Part shown: positions 1 to 13,943 of the stretch, piece by piece
Layout: the number at the start of each line of letters is the position of its first letter
Position numbering within the stretch: the first letter of the stretch is position 1
NCBI RefSeq assembly: GCF_013122565.1
Contig: NZ_CP053258.1
Length of the DNA: 64,000 nt
Source of the DNA: Escherichia coli
GTDB lineage: Bacteria; Pseudomonadota; Gammaproteobacteria; Enterobacterales; Enterobacteriaceae
Direction: 5' to 3' (one strand)
Translations under genes and position numbers: made by a program
The notes under the pieces: generated by a model
What the model was told of the DNA's origin: nothing
What the model saw: only the letters and a program-made list of their open reading frames with translations
Databases searched by the model: none

Positions 1-60
1 GCGTAACTGGAGAACAGCGTTTTCGGTCATAAGAGAGCGTCGAAAAAACGCCATTGTCGC

Positions 61-91
61 AGAGGAGAAAACGGGGCACAAGATGCGCCCC
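61..91 (-). terminator. Putative intrinsic terminator downstream of trxC
   Basis: Hairpin GGGGC(73-77)/GCCCC(87-91) with 9-nt loop; on the minus strand it is followed by a U-rich stretch; lies just 3' of the trxC stop. Confidence 0.4.
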
Positions 92-98
92 GGTAAGA

Positions 99-518
99 TT
101 AAAGAGATTCGTTCAGCCAGCTATCAAACGGCGCTTTCGGTACTGCGCCATTAAGCATGTCGACAACCTGACCGTTTTTGAAAATCATGATCGTCGGTAT
201 ACTACGAATTCCAAAGCGGCTGCTTAATTCACGTTCAGCTTCGGTATTCACTTTCACAAAGCGCACTTTACCGCTACGCTCTTGCGCGACATCTTCAAAA
301 ATTGGTGCGAAATTACGGCAGGGGCCGCACCACGGTGCCCAGAAGTCGATCACCACAGGTAGATCATCTTTCAGCAATTTGTCGAGCGTTTCACCGGTCG
401 CATTAATCACCTCTCCGTCAAACAAGTCGTGACCGCAGCGTCCGCATTTTGCCGCATCTTCGATCCGATCGTCGGGAATGCGATTGATGGCCTGACAATG
501 GGTACAAACGGTATTCAT
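99..518 (-). CDS. trxC: Thioredoxin 2
   Basis: 139-aa ORF with N-terminal CxxC-x-CxxC zinc-finger motifs and WCGPC thioredoxin active site; length matches E. coli TrxC. Confidence 0.95.
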
Positions 519-724
519 AACTAACCTCGGGATGAGTAAGGAGACTTATCGGCAACGACGCCGGTATGTTTCTAATATGTTACATATTATCGGGGACATT
601 GTTCCAGACAACAATCTGTTTTATTCAATAGGTATGATAGTCGTAGGCTTTGGTACGAAATCATGGCGAACCGCGCGGACTTCGGGTAATCTGCGCGCTT
701 CGCGCAGCGCTGGGGGAGAAAAGC

Positions 725-1762
725 ATGAACGATGAAATGAAAGGTAAAAGCGGCAAGGTCAAAGTGATGTATGTCCGCAGTGATGATGATTCTGATAAAC
801 GTACCCACAACCCGCGTACCGGGAAAGGGGGCGGGCGTCCAGGAAAATCTCGTGCTGACGGTGGCCGTCGCCCCGCCCGCGATGACAAACAGAGTCAGCC
901 CCGTGACCGCAAGTGGGAAGAGTCGCCGTGGCGCACAGTTTCCCGCGCGCCGGGTGATGAGACGCCGGAAAAGGCCGATCACGGTGGTATCAGTGGTAAA
1001 AGTTTTATTGATCCGGAAGTGTTGCGTCGTCAGCGTGCGGAAGAAACCCGCGTCTACGGCGAAAACGCCTGTCAGGCACTGTTCCAGAGCCGCCCGGAAG
1101 CGATTGTTCGCGCCTGGTTTATTCAGAGTGTAACGCCGCGTTTTAAAGAAGCCTTGCGCTGGATGGCAGCAAACCGCAAAGCGTACCATGTGGTAGATGA
1201 AGCGGAATTGACAAAAGCGTCAGGCACGGAACATCACGGCGGCGTTTGCTTCCTGATCAAAAAGCGTAATGGCACAACTGTGCAGCAGTGGGTAAGCCAG
1301 GCAGGCGCGCAGGATTGTGTTCTGGCACTGGAAAACGAATCTAACCCGCATAACCTGGGTGGCATGATGCGCAGCTGTGCGCACTTCGGCGTGAAAGGTG
1401 TTGTGGTGCAGGATGCGGCACTGCTGGAGTCGGGTGCGGCTATCCGTACCGCAGAAGGCGGCGCAGAGCACGTTCAGCCGATTACTGGCGACAACATTGT
1501 TAACGTGCTGGATGATTTCCGTCAGGCGGGTTACACCGTAGTGACAACTTCCAGCGAGCAGGGGAAACCGCTGTTCAAAACCAGCCTGCCAGCGAAAATG
1601 GTACTGGTGCTGGGTCAGGAATATGAAGGGTTACCGGATGCCGCACGCGATCCGAACGATCTGCGCGTGAAGATTGACGGTACGGGCAACGTTGCCGGGC
1701 TGAATATCTCTGTTGCAACAGGCGTTTTGCTTGGTGAATGGTGGCGTCAGAATAAAGCCTGA
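725..1762 (+). CDS. yfiF: SpoU-family RNA 2'-O-methyltransferase (putative)
   Basis: ORF track 650..1762; ATG at 725 (MNDEMKGK...) gives 345 aa as in E. coli YfiF; basic Arg/Gly-rich N-terminus followed by SpoU methylase domain. Confidence 0.9.
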   Translation: MNDEMKGKSGKVKVMYVRSDDDSDKRTHNPRTGKGGGRPGKSRADGGRRPARDDKQSQPRDRKWEESPWRTVSRAPGDETPEKADHGGISGKSFIDPEVLRRQRAEETRVYGENACQALFQSRPEAIVRAWFIQSVTPRFKEALRWMAANRKAYHVVDEAELTKASGTEHHGGVCFLIKKRNGTTVQQWVSQAGAQDCVLALENESNPHNLGGMMRSCAHFGVKGVVVQDAALLESGAAIRTAEGGAEHVQPITGDNIVNVLDDFRQAGYTVVTTSSEQGKPLFKTSLPAKMVLVLGQEYEGLPDAARDPNDLRVKIDGTGNVAGLNISVATGVLLGEWWRQNKA

Positions 1763-1769
1763 TAAATCA

Positions 1770-1800
1770 GCCGGGTGGCAACTCTGCCATCCGGCATTTT
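1770..1800. terminator. Bidirectional hairpin terminator between convergent yfiF and ung
   Basis: 11-bp stem gccgggtggca/tgccatccggc (one G-U) with loop actc, followed by ATTTT on plus strand and T-rich run on minus strand. Confidence 0.55.
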
Positions 1801-1809
1801 CCCGCAAAT

Positions 1810-2499
1810 TTACTCACTCTCTGCCGGTAATACTGGCATCCAGTCAATCGGCGTCTCGCCATGTTGTTCCAGCCACTGATTTGCCAGCACAAAATGGTTA
1901 CAGCCAAAGAATCCACGATGCGCAGAAAGCGGTGACGGATGCGGTGCTTTCAGTACGTGATGGCGTTGCTTATCTATAATCGCCCCTTTCTTTTGCGCAT
2001 GCGATCCCCACAACAAAAACACCACGCCTTCGCGATGCTGGTTAATCAGGCTGATCACTTTATCGGTGAAGGTTTCCCAGCCGAGGCTGGCGTGGGAATG
2101 CGCCTGACCTGCGCGTACCGTCAACACAGTATTGAGTAGCAGAACGCCCTGACGCGCCCAGCTTTCAAGATAACCATGATTAGGGCGGGTGAAGCCCGGA
2201 ATAGTATTTTCCAGCTCTTTATACATATTCAGCAGTGACGGAGGAGTGGCGATTCCGGGGCGAACGGAAAATGCCAGCCCATGCGCCTGTCCCGGTCCGT
2301 GATAAGGATCCTGGCCGAGAATCACCACTTTAACGTCACCCAACTCTGTAAAGCGGAACGCGTTAAAGACATCCTTTTGTGGCGGATAGATAGTGACGCC
2401 GGCCTGCCGCTCGCTGGCGACGGTCTGTAGGGTATTAAGAAAATAGGGTTGTTGCTTCTCTTCAGCCAGCACGTCATGCCAGGTTAATTCGTTTGCCAT
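1810..2499 (-). CDS. ung: Uracil-DNA glycosylase
   Basis: 229-aa [23 protein letters not shown]...; contains the GQDPYH active-site motif; length matches Ung. Confidence 0.97.
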   Translation of the reverse strand: MANELTWHDVLAEEKQQPYFLNTLQTVASERQAGVTIYPPQKDVFNAFRFTELGDVKVVILGQDPYHGPGQAHGLAFSVRPGIATPPSLLNMYKELENTIPGFTRPNHGYLESWARQGVLLLNTVLTVRAGQAHSHASLGWETFTDKVISLINQHREGVVFLLWGSHAQKKGAIIDKQRHHVLKAPHPSPLSAHRGFFGCNHFVLANQWLEQHGETPIDWMPVLPAESE

Positions 2500-2629
2500 C
2501 TCGCTCTCCCGCGAATCTTCAATCCGCCTAGCTTAACTGCTTCTTTCTACAGAACAAAATCATGCTCATTTTTTAGACTTAAACGAGTGCAAAAAAATGT
2601 AAATTGGTAAAATTTCACACCTGCATAAG

Positions 2630-2643
2630 TTGATGTAAAACAA
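2630..2643 (+). promoter_or_regulatory. FNR binding site (distal) in grcA promoter
   Basis: TTGATgtaaAACAA, 53 bp upstream of the proximal site; grcA (yfiD) is known to have FNR sites near -93.5 and -40.5. Confidence 0.6.
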
Positions 2644-2682
2644 TAAAATCCATTTGCGACCATACTTGATGTGTGGTTTTTA

Positions 2683-2696
2683 TTGATTTAAATCAA
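2683..2696 (+). promoter_or_regulatory. FNR binding site (proximal) in grcA promoter
   Basis: Perfect FNR consensus TTGAT-ttaa-ATCAA about 110 bp upstream of the grcA ATG. Confidence 0.7.
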
Positions 2697-2803
2697 AGAT
2701 TCAAGGGTGTTTGAGGAGTATATATACACTCAAGCAACAATGGTTTTACCAATTGGCCGCGACAGGCTGAACAAATCAAATAATTTTGCCGGGGAGGCAT
2801 CAC

Positions 2804-3187
2804 ATGATTACAGGTATCCAGATTACTAAAGCCGCTAACGACGATCTGCTGAACTCTTTCTGGCTGCTGGACAGCGAAAAAGGCGAAGCGCGTTGCATCG
2901 TTGCAAAAGCAGGTTATGCAGAAGATGAAGTGGTTGCAGTAAGCAAACTGGGTGACATTGAATACCGTGAAGTTCCAGTAGAAGTGAAACCAGAAGTTCG
3001 CGTTGAAGGTGGTCAACACCTGAACGTTAACGTTCTGCGTCGTGAAACTCTGGAAGATGCAGTTAAGCATCCGGAAAAATATCCGCAGCTGACCATCCGT
3101 GTATCCGGATATGCAGTTCGCTTTAACTCTCTGACTCCGGAACAGCAGCGCGACGTTATTGCTCGTACCTTTACTGAAAGCCTGTAA
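2804..3187 (+). CDS. grcA: Stress-induced alternate pyruvate formate-lyase subunit (glycyl-radical cofactor)
   Basis: ORF track 2786..3187; ATG at 2804 ([12 protein letters not shown]...) gives 127 aa; C-terminal glycyl-radical motif RVSGYAV. Confidence 0.95.
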
Positions 3188-3209
3188 GGCTTAAGTAGCA
3201 AGTTACTAA

Positions 3210-3240
3210 GCGGAAGAGGGCGACTTCTTCCGCTTTTTTT
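3210..3240. terminator. Bidirectional intrinsic terminator between grcA and eamB
   Basis: Stem gcggaaga/tcttccgc with 8-nt loop followed by a T7 run; A/T-rich on the other side. Confidence 0.7.
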
Positions 3241-3242
3241 CG

Positions 3243-3830
3243 TTAATAGAAAATGCGTACCGCGCAATAGACCAGCAACAGTGCAAGCACGATATTCAAC
3301 TGGCGACCATACTGGCGAAACAATCGCTGAAACAGATGCCCCGCCAGCGCCCAGCACACATTGCCAAACGTCCCAATCATCGCCAGCAAAACGCTGACGC
3401 CAACTACCCAGCTTAACGCCTGTGTTTGCGGCAGAACAAATGTCGACAGTGCCGTAACACCGTACAAAATGATTTTGACGTTCACAAACTGCAAAGCAAA
3501 GCTGGCCCAAAAACTGATTGGTTTTGTCTGAAGCCCGTCTTCCTTTGTTGGACTGGTAGCGATTTTCCACGCCAGCCAGACAATATATGCCGCTCCTGCC
3601 CAACTCAACAGATGCACTGCTGCCGGGTCGATAACAGCCAGTGAAAACGAAATGCCCGCACACAGCAACATGACGATTAAAAATCCCAGACTCATCCCTG
3701 CCAGCACGCGAGTACTCTGACGAAATCCGTGCGTTGTAGCTGAGCTAAGGGCGAGAATATTGTTCGGTCCTGGCGTCATGGCGGTAATCAGGGTGTAAGT
3801 CCAAAAAGCACTTAAAAGGGTCGGTGTCAC
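3243..3830 (-). CDS. eamB: Cysteine/O-acetylserine exporter (LysE/RhtB family)
   Basis: 195-aa hydrophobic ORF MTPTLLSAFWTYTLITAMTPGPNN...; matches EamB (YfiK). Confidence 0.93.
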   Translation of the reverse strand: MTPTLLSAFWTYTLITAMTPGPNNILALSSATTHGFRQSTRVLAGMSLGFLIVMLLCAGISFSLAVIDPAAVHLLSWAGAAYIVWLAWKIATSPTKEDGLQTKPISFWASFALQFVNVKIILYGVTALSTFVLPQTQALSWVVGVSVLLAMIGTFGNVCWALAGHLFQRLFRQYGRQLNIVLALLLVYCAVRIFY

Positions 3831-3932
3831 TTGTTATCTCCTCTGTTTTGGTAGACAGTACCCGACACGGAACATTTAAAAAAATGAATGTTTTTACATT
3901 CTAAATTCGATATTTTCGATAGGTTTGGGGTT

Positions 3933-4814
3933 ATGGATCTGCGCCGTTTTATTACGCTTAAAACCGTGGTGGAAGAGGGTTCCTTTTTGCGTGCTTCGCA
4001 AAAATTGTGCTGCACACAATCGACGGTGACTTTTCATATTCAGCAGCTTGAGCAGGAGTTCTCGGTACAGTTATTTGAGAAAATTGGCCGACGGATGTGC
4101 CTCACTCGCGAAGGTAAAAAGCTGCTGCCGCACATTTATGAACTCACCAGAGTGATGGATACCCTTCGTGAGGCTGCCAAAAAAGAGTCGGATCCGGACG
4201 GGGAGCTGCGCGTTGTTTCGGGCGAAACGTTGCTCTCTTACCGAATGCCGCAGGTGTTGCAGCGTTTTCGGCAACGCGCACCAAAAGTACGTTTATCGTT
4301 GCAGTCACTGAACTGTTACGTGATCCGTGATGCGCTACTGAATGATGAGGCCGATGTCGGAGTTTTTTATCGCGTAGGGAATGATGATGCTCTGAACCGA
4401 CGAGAGTTGGGTGAACAATCGCTGGTGCTGGTGGCTTCACCGCAAATTGCAGATGTCGATTTTACTGAGCCGGGAAGACATAACGCCTGTAGTTTTATAA
4501 TCAATGAACCGCAATGTGTCTTCCGGCAGATATTTGAGAGCACGCTGCGCCAGCGACGGATCACGGTGGAAAACACCATTGAGCTTATAAGTATCGAAAG
4601 CATCAAGCGTTGTGTCGCGGCGAATATCGGGGTCAGTTACTTACCGCGTTTTGCGGTGGTAAAAGAGTTGGAGTGCGGAGAATTAATTGAATTGCCTTTT
4701 GGCGAACAGTCGCAGACCATTACGGCAATGTGCGCACACCATGCTGGAAAAGCGGTTAGCCCGGCGATGCACACTTTTATTCAGTGTGTTGAAGAGAGTT
4801 TTGTGGCTGGATAA
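3933..4814 (+). CDS. yfiE: LysR-family transcriptional regulator
   Basis: ORF track 3888..4814; ATG at 3933 (MDLRRFITLKTVVEEGSF...) gives 293 aa; N-terminal HTH typical of LysR regulators; divergent from eamB. Confidence 0.9.
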   Translation: MDLRRFITLKTVVEEGSFLRASQKLCCTQSTVTFHIQQLEQEFSVQLFEKIGRRMCLTREGKKLLPHIYELTRVMDTLREAAKKESDPDGELRVVSGETLLSYRMPQVLQRFRQRAPKVRLSLQSLNCYVIRDALLNDEADVGVFYRVGNDDALNRRELGEQSLVLVASPQIADVDFTEPGRHNACSFIINEPQCVFRQIFESTLRQRRITVENTIELISIESIKRCVAANIGVSYLPRFAVVKELECGELIELPFGEQSQTITAMCAHHAGKAVSPAMHTFIQCVEESFVAG

Positions 4815-4872
4815 AAATAATGTCGGGATTAAACCCGGCATTTAACTTGTCGACAAAGTGCGCTTTATTCAT

Positions 4873-4970
4873 GCCGGATGCGGCGTGAACGCCTTATCCG
4901 GCCTACAAGATCGTGCAAATTCAATATATTGCATGAGCCACGTAGGCCTGATAAGCGTAGCGCATCAGGC
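4873..4970. repeat. BIME (two inverted REP elements)
   Basis: GCCGGATGCGGCGTGAACGCCTTATCCGGCCTAC and GTAGGCCTGATAAGCGTAGCGCATCAGGC, canonical REP palindromes between convergent yfiE and srmB. Confidence 0.9.
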
Positions 4971-5022
4971 AGTTTTGCGTTTGCCAGCACTTTTAATACC
5001 AGGCTTAAACCCGGCATTGAGA

Positions 5023-6357
5023 TTACTCTTCTGTCGTTTGCGGTGGCACGCCCGTTCCGCTTGGTTTACGGCGCTTACCAATATTTTTGGTGTCGCGATG
5101 GCGTTTTTTCACCCGCGGCTTCTCTTTCTCTTTAGCTTTTTTCTTCTCGGCGCGTTTTGCCAGTACTTTCTTCGATGGCTTGCCGGTCTGCTTCTCGCTT
5201 GGCGCACGCGTTTTCGGGCGTAACTCATCAATTACGCGAGCTTTAATTGGCTCTTCAATATAGCGACCAACTTTGCCCAGCAGCAGATGGTCATGGGCTT
5301 CTACCAGCGAAATTGCGGTGCCTTTACGACCGGCGCGCGCGGTACGTCCGATACGGTGCAAATAAGTATCGCCACTGCGCGGCATATCGAAGTTAAAGAC
5401 GTGGCTGACGTCAGGAATGTCGATACCGCGCGCGGCAACATCGGTTGCAACCAGTACGTTTACGCGACCTTCGGTCAAACGCTTGATCGCTTCGTTACGC
5501 TTGCCTTGTACCATCTCACCTTCGAGATAGCAGTTGTTGATGCCCGCTTCGCGCAGCCAGTTTGCCAGCTCATGCACACGTTCACGCTTACGCACAAACA
5601 CAATTGAGCGGGTCGCTTCCGGCTGTTTTAACAGATGCACCAGCAACGCGGTTTTATGCTCAAGATCATCGGCACGGTAATACCACTGATGAATTTTTTT
5701 GCGCTCACGGGTGGACGGATTGGCAGAAACTTCCACCGGATCTTCCAGCAGACGCTCGGCAAAGTCCTGAATCGCATCGCCTTCCAGCGTTGCCGAAAAG
5801 AGCAGGGTCTGTTTACGCCAGCGCGTTTCGCCAGCAATATGCTCGATATCCTGAGCGAAGCCCATATCCAGCATACGGTCTGCTTCGTCGAGGATCAGCG
5901 TTTCAACCGCGCGGCAATCGAAGTTCTCTTCTTTTATGTATTGCAGCAGACGTCCGGTCGTGGCGACCACGATGTCCTGATTTTCGCTGAACACTTCCGC
6001 GTGGTTCATATAGGCTACGCCGCCGGTGATGGTGGCGATATCCAGATGCGTATGTTTCGCCAGTTCGCGGGCATGATCGGCTACCTGCATCGCCAGCTCG
6101 CGAGTTGGGGTGAGGATCAAAATACGCGGCGGACCGGATTTCTTACGTGGGAAATCGAGCAGGTGCTGCAACGCTGGCAGCAGATACGCCGCCGTTTTAC
6201 CGGTGCCTGTCGGCGCAGAACCGAGTACATCACGGCCATCGAGCGCAGGCGGAATGGCGGCAGCCTGAATGGCGGTCGGGCGAGTGAAACCTTTATCCTG
6301 GAGGGCTTCCAGCAGGCTTTCGTCGAGTTCAAGTTCGGAAAAAGTCGTTACAGTCAT
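5023..6357 (-). CDS. srmB: ATP-dependent DEAD-box RNA helicase
   Basis: 444-aa ORF with DEAD-box helicase motifs ([25 protein letters not shown]) and a Lys/Arg-rich C-terminal tail. Confidence 0.96.
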   Translation of the reverse strand: MTVTTFSELELDESLLEALQDKGFTRPTAIQAAAIPPALDGRDVLGSAPTGTGKTAAYLLPALQHLLDFPRKKSGPPRILILTPTRELAMQVADHARELAKHTHLDIATITGGVAYMNHAEVFSENQDIVVATTGRLLQYIKEENFDCRAVETLILDEADRMLDMGFAQDIEHIAGETRWRKQTLLFSATLEGDAIQDFAERLLEDPVEVSANPSTRERKKIHQWYYRADDLEHKTALLVHLLKQPEATRSIVFVRKRERVHELANWLREAGINNCYLEGEMVQGKRNEAIKRLTEGRVNVLVATDVAARGIDIPDVSHVFNFDMPRSGDTYLHRIGRTARAGRKGTAISLVEAHDHLLLGKVGRYIEEPIKARVIDELRPKTRAPSEKQTGKPSKKVLAKRAEKKKAKEKEKPRVKKRHRDTKNIGKRRKPSGTGVPPQTTEE

Positions 6358-6488
6358 GTTCTACCTCTGTGTGGGGCGCTGATTATAGACGTTACGGCTG
6401 CAATCTTCATCTGTTTGTATGGATATCGCTTCTCGGGTATTGTTCTCACCCGGTGCTATCGCCGTTTTTCCTGCAAGGTTTTATTTTC

Positions 6489-8842
<2,354 letters not shown>

Positions 8843-9130
8843 TTAATTTACTAAACACGGTTTGGTCAGCATAGCATCATGTTGTGCGAATAAACACCTG
8901 CTATTTTAATATTTGTTACAGTGGCTAAACACGCTGACGCAGGGCGGCGAGAAAAAGAGAAGTTACTGGCTGGTGGAGGATTAGGTGGTGAAATAAAAAG
9001 GCCGTTGGGTTACTCTTCAGGCAGTTAAATGGGCATTTCTACACAGATAATGCGATGTTCAGATTCTGTAGACTTATAATGATAGATAATGATCCGTCTA
9101 CAGCATGACAAACAAAAACAGATGCGTTAC

Positions 9131-9159
9131 GGAACTTTACAAAAACGAGACACTCTAAC
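9131..9159 (+). promoter_or_regulatory. Sigma-E-dependent rpoE promoter
   Basis: GGAACTT -35 element, 16-nt spacer, TCTAAC -10 element; matches the sigma-E consensus about 80 bp upstream of rpoE. Confidence 0.75.
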
Positions 9160-9240
9160 CCTTTGCTTGCTCAAATTGCAGCTAATGGAGTGGCGTTTCG
9201 ATAGCGCGTGGAAATTTGGTTTGGGGAGACTTTACCTCGG

Positions 9241-9816
9241 ATGAGCGAGCAGTTAACGGACCAGGTCCTGGTTGAACGGGTCCAGAAGGGAGATCAGAAA
9301 GCCTTTAACTTACTGGTAGTGCGCTATCAGCATAAAGTGGCGAGTCTGGTTTCCCGCTATGTGCCGTCGGGTGATGTTCCCGATGTGGTACAAGAAGCTT
9401 TTATTAAAGCCTATCGTGCGCTGGATTCGTTCCGGGGAGATAGCGCTTTTTATACATGGCTGTATCGGATTGCTGTAAATACAGCGAAAAATTACCTGGT
9501 TGCTCAGGGGCGTCGTCCACCTTCCAGTGATGTGGATGCCATTGAAGCTGAAAACTTCGAAAGTGGCGGCGCGTTGAAAGAAATTTCGAACCCTGAGAAC
9601 TTAATGTTGTCAGAAGAACTGAGACAGATAGTTTTCCGAACTATTGAGTCCCTCCCGGAAGATTTACGCATGGCAATAACCTTGCGGGAGCTGGATGGCC
9701 TGAGCTATGAAGAGATAGCCGCTATCATGGATTGTCCGGTAGGTACGGTGCGTTCACGTATCTTCCGAGCGAGGGAAGCTATTGATAACAAAGTTCAACC
9801 GCTTATCAGGCGTTGA
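9241..9816 (+). CDS. rpoE: RNA polymerase sigma-E factor (sigma-24)
   Basis: ORF track 9208..9816; ATG at 9241 (MSEQLTDQVLVERVQKGDQKAF...) gives 191 aa. Confidence 0.97.
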   Translation: MSEQLTDQVLVERVQKGDQKAFNLLVVRYQHKVASLVSRYVPSGDVPDVVQEAFIKAYRALDSFRGDSAFYTWLYRIAVNTAKNYLVAQGRRPPSSDVDAIEAENFESGGALKEISNPENLMLSEELRQIVFRTIESLPEDLRMAITLRELDGLSYEEIAAIMDCPVGTVRSRIFRAREAIDNKVQPLIRR

Positions 9817-9848
9817 CGATAGCGGGATACTGGATAAGGGTATTAGGC

Positions 9849-10499
9849 ATGCAGAAAGAACAACTTTCCGCTTTAATGGATGGCGAAACGCTGGATAGTG
9901 AGCTGCTTAACGAACTGGCTCATAACCCAGAAATGCAGAAAACCTGGGAAAGCTATCACTTAATCCGTGACTCAATGCGGGGTGATACTCCCGAGGTGCT
10001 CCATTTCGATATCTCTTCACGCGTGATGGCCGCCATTGAAGAAGAGCCAGTACGTCAACCGGCGACATTGATCCCGGAAGCCCAGCCTGCGCCGCATCAA
10101 TGGCAGAAAATGCCATTCTGGCAGAAAGTACGTCCGTGGGCGGCACAGCTTACCCAAATGGGCGTAGCCGCATGCGTATCGCTTGCAGTTATCGTTGGCG
10201 TCCAGCACTATAATGGACAATCTGAAACGTCCCAGCAGCCCGAAACGCCGGTATTTAATACACTGCCGATGATGGGTAAAGCCAGCCCGGTAAGCCTGGG
10301 AGTACCTTCTGAAGCGACCGCAAACAATGGTCAACAGCAGCAGGTACAGGAGCAGCGTCGTCGCATTAATGCAATGTTGCAGGATTACGAACTGCAACGC
10401 CGACTCCACTCTGAACAGCTTCAGTTTGAGCAGGCGCAAACCCAGCAAGCCGCTGTACAGGTGCCAGGAATTCAAACTTTAGGAACGCAATCGCAGTAA
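9849..10499 (+). CDS. rseA: Anti-sigma-E factor
   Basis: ORF track 9813..10499; ATG at 9849 (MQKEQLSALMDGETLD...) gives 216 aa; single central transmembrane segment; stop overlaps rseB start (TAATG). Confidence 0.95.
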   Translation: MQKEQLSALMDGETLDSELLNELAHNPEMQKTWESYHLIRDSMRGDTPEVLHFDISSRVMAAIEEEPVRQPATLIPEAQPAPHQWQKMPFWQKVRPWAAQLTQMGVAACVSLAVIVGVQHYNGQSETSQQPETPVFNTLPMMGKASPVSLGVPSEATANNGQQQQVQEQRRRINAMLQDYELQRRLHSEQLQFEQAQTQQAAVQVPGIQTLGTQSQ

Positions 10500-11455
10500 T
10501 GAAGCAACTTTGGTTTGCCATGTCATTAGTGACAGGTAGCCTGTTATTCTCTGCTAACGCCTCGGCCACTCCCGCGTCCGGGGCGTTATTACAGCAGATG
10601 AACCTGGCCAGTCAGTCACTGAATTACGAGCTGTCATTCATCAGCATCAATAAACAGGGTGTTGAGTCTCTGCGTTATCGACATGCACGCCTCGATAACC
10701 GTCCTCTTGCACAATTGTTGCAAATGGATGGCCCGCGCCGGGAAGTGGTACAGCGCGGCAATGAAATCAGCTATTTTGAACCGGGACTTGAACCGTTCAC
10801 GCTTAATGGCGATTACATTGTTGATTCTCTGCCATCGCTCATCTATACCGATTTCAAACGCCTTTCTCCTTACTACGACTTTATCTCCGTCGGGCGCACG
10901 CGTATTGCTGATCGTCTTTGCGAAGTTATTCGCGTGGTTGCCCGAGATGGTACACGCTACAGCTACATCGTGTGGATGGACACCGAATCGAAATTACCGA
11001 TGAGGGTTGATCTCCTTGATCGCGATGGTGAAACGCTGGAACAATTTCGCGTGATTGCTTTTAATGTCAATCAGGATATCAGCAGCAGTATGCAGACGCT
11101 GGCGAAGGCAAATTTGCCGCCGTTGCTTTCTGTTCCTGTAGGTGAAAAAGCTAAATTCAGCTGGACGCCAACCTGGTTGCCACAGGGTTTTAGCGAAGTT
11201 TCCAGTAGTCGACGTCCGCTACCGACGATGGACAACATGCCTATCGAATCACGTCTCTATTCCGACGGATTATTCAGCTTCTCGGTAAACGTTAACCGCG
11301 CTACGCCATCGAGCACCGATCAGATGTTGCGCACCGGACGCAGAACCGTCAGTACAAGCGTACGTGATAACGCCGAAATCACCATTGTCGGTGAACTGCC
11401 GCCGCAAACGGCGAAACGCATTGCCGAGAATATTAAGTTCGGGGCAGCGCAATGA
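10499..11455 (+). CDS. rseB: Sigma-E regulatory protein RseB (periplasmic)
   Basis: 318-aa ORF with N-terminal signal peptide MKQLWFAMSLVTGSLLFSANASA. Confidence 0.95.
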   Translation: MKQLWFAMSLVTGSLLFSANASATPASGALLQQMNLASQSLNYELSFISINKQGVESLRYRHARLDNRPLAQLLQMDGPRREVVQRGNEISYFEPGLEPFTLNGDYIVDSLPSLIYTDFKRLSPYYDFISVGRTRIADRLCEVIRVVARDGTRYSYIVWMDTESKLPMRVDLLDRDGETLEQFRVIAFNVNQDISSSMQTLAKANLPPLLSVPVGEKAKFSWTPTWLPQGFSEVSSSRRPLPTMDNMPIESRLYSDGLFSFSVNVNRATPSSTDQMLRTGRRTVSTSVRDNAEITIVGELPPQTAKRIAENIKFGAAQ

Positions 11456-11931
11456 TCAAAGAGTGGGCTACCGTCGTCTCCTGGCAAAACGGGCAGGCGC
11501 TGGTCAGTTGTGATGTTAAAGCCTCATGCAGCAGCTGCGCTTCACGCGCCGGTTGCGGTAGCCGCGTGTTGAATAAACTTGGCCCGCAAACCACGCATAC
11601 CATTGTCGTACCCTGTGATGAGCCGTTAGTGCCGGGGCAAAAAGTGGAATTGGGGATCGCCGAAGGCAGCCTGCTTAGCTCCGCATTACTGGTTTATATG
11701 TCGCCGCTGGTGGGATTATTCCTCATCGCTTCGCTATTTCAGCTACTCTTTGCTTCTGACGTCGCAGCATTATGTGGTGCTGTCCTCGGCGGTATTAGCG
11801 GGTTCCTGATTGCGCGTGGCTACTCGCGTAAGTTTGCTGCCCGGGCAGAATGGCAACCGATCATCTTAAGCGTGGCATTGCCGCCTGGCCTTGTGCGATT
11901 TGAAACATCTTCGGAAGACGCGAGCCAGTGA
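11452..11931 (+). CDS. rseC: Sigma-E regulatory protein RseC
   Basis: 159-aa ORF, ATGA overlap with rseB; cysteine-rich N-terminus and two hydrophobic segments. Confidence 0.93.
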   Translation: MIKEWATVVSWQNGQALVSCDVKASCSSCASRAGCGSRVLNKLGPQTTHTIVVPCDEPLVPGQKVELGIAEGSLLSSALLVYMSPLVGLFLIASLFQLLFASDVAALCGAVLGGISGFLIARGYSRKFAARAEWQPIILSVALPPGLVRFETSSEDASQ

Positions 11932-12128
11932 TTTCACTGGCTTTGTTGCATTTTGCATAACAAATGCGAGGACGTTTCCAGATACCACAATCCATACGGT
12001 ATGAACATTTCCTCGCCTCAATGTTGTAGTGTAGAATGCGGCGTTTCTATTAATACAGACGTTAAGCTCAGAACAGCGACTTCTAAAAGCCTGGTTAACC
12101 GGGCATTAAGGCACAATAATCATACTTT

Positions 12129-13928
<1,800 letters not shown>

Positions 13929-13943
13929 CCCTTAGGAGTTGGC

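Noticed and set aside
650-724. N-terminal extensions of ORFs in the track (for example yfiF from 650, yphG from 36423, hscA from 60117, glrR from 30356)
   Set aside because: The track reports the longest ORF including TTG/GTG starts; internal ATGs with better RBS context give the expected protein lengths, and the extensions overlap upstream genes or promoters.
587-1189. 200-aa minus-strand ORF overlapping the trxC-yfiF divergent region and yfiF
   Set aside because: Overlaps the well-supported yfiF gene and its promoter region; Arg/Ala-rich wrong-frame composition.
4873-4970. Possible CRISPR-like array suggested by the repeated palindromes at 4873-4970, 27611-27641, 35051-35144 and 45455-45484
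   Set aside because: These are dispersed REP/BIME palindromes, inverted relative to one another with no regular spacers and no cas genes nearby; not CRISPR.
4858-5223. 121-aa and 85-aa plus-strand ORFs beginning in the yfiE-srmB BIME
   Set aside because: They start inside REP palindromes and run antisense into srmB; artefacts of the repeat and the opposing gene.
9191-9206. Sigma-54-like GG-N10-GC motif (TGGCGTttcgatAGCG) between the sigma-E promoter and the rpoE start
   Set aside because: Only the invariant GG and GC dinucleotides match; flanking bases deviate from TGGCAC/TTGCA, and the position (transcript start about 24 nt from the ATG) is implausible. Sigma-54 and GlrR-dependent rpoE transcription has been reported, but I cannot place that promoter confidently from sequence.
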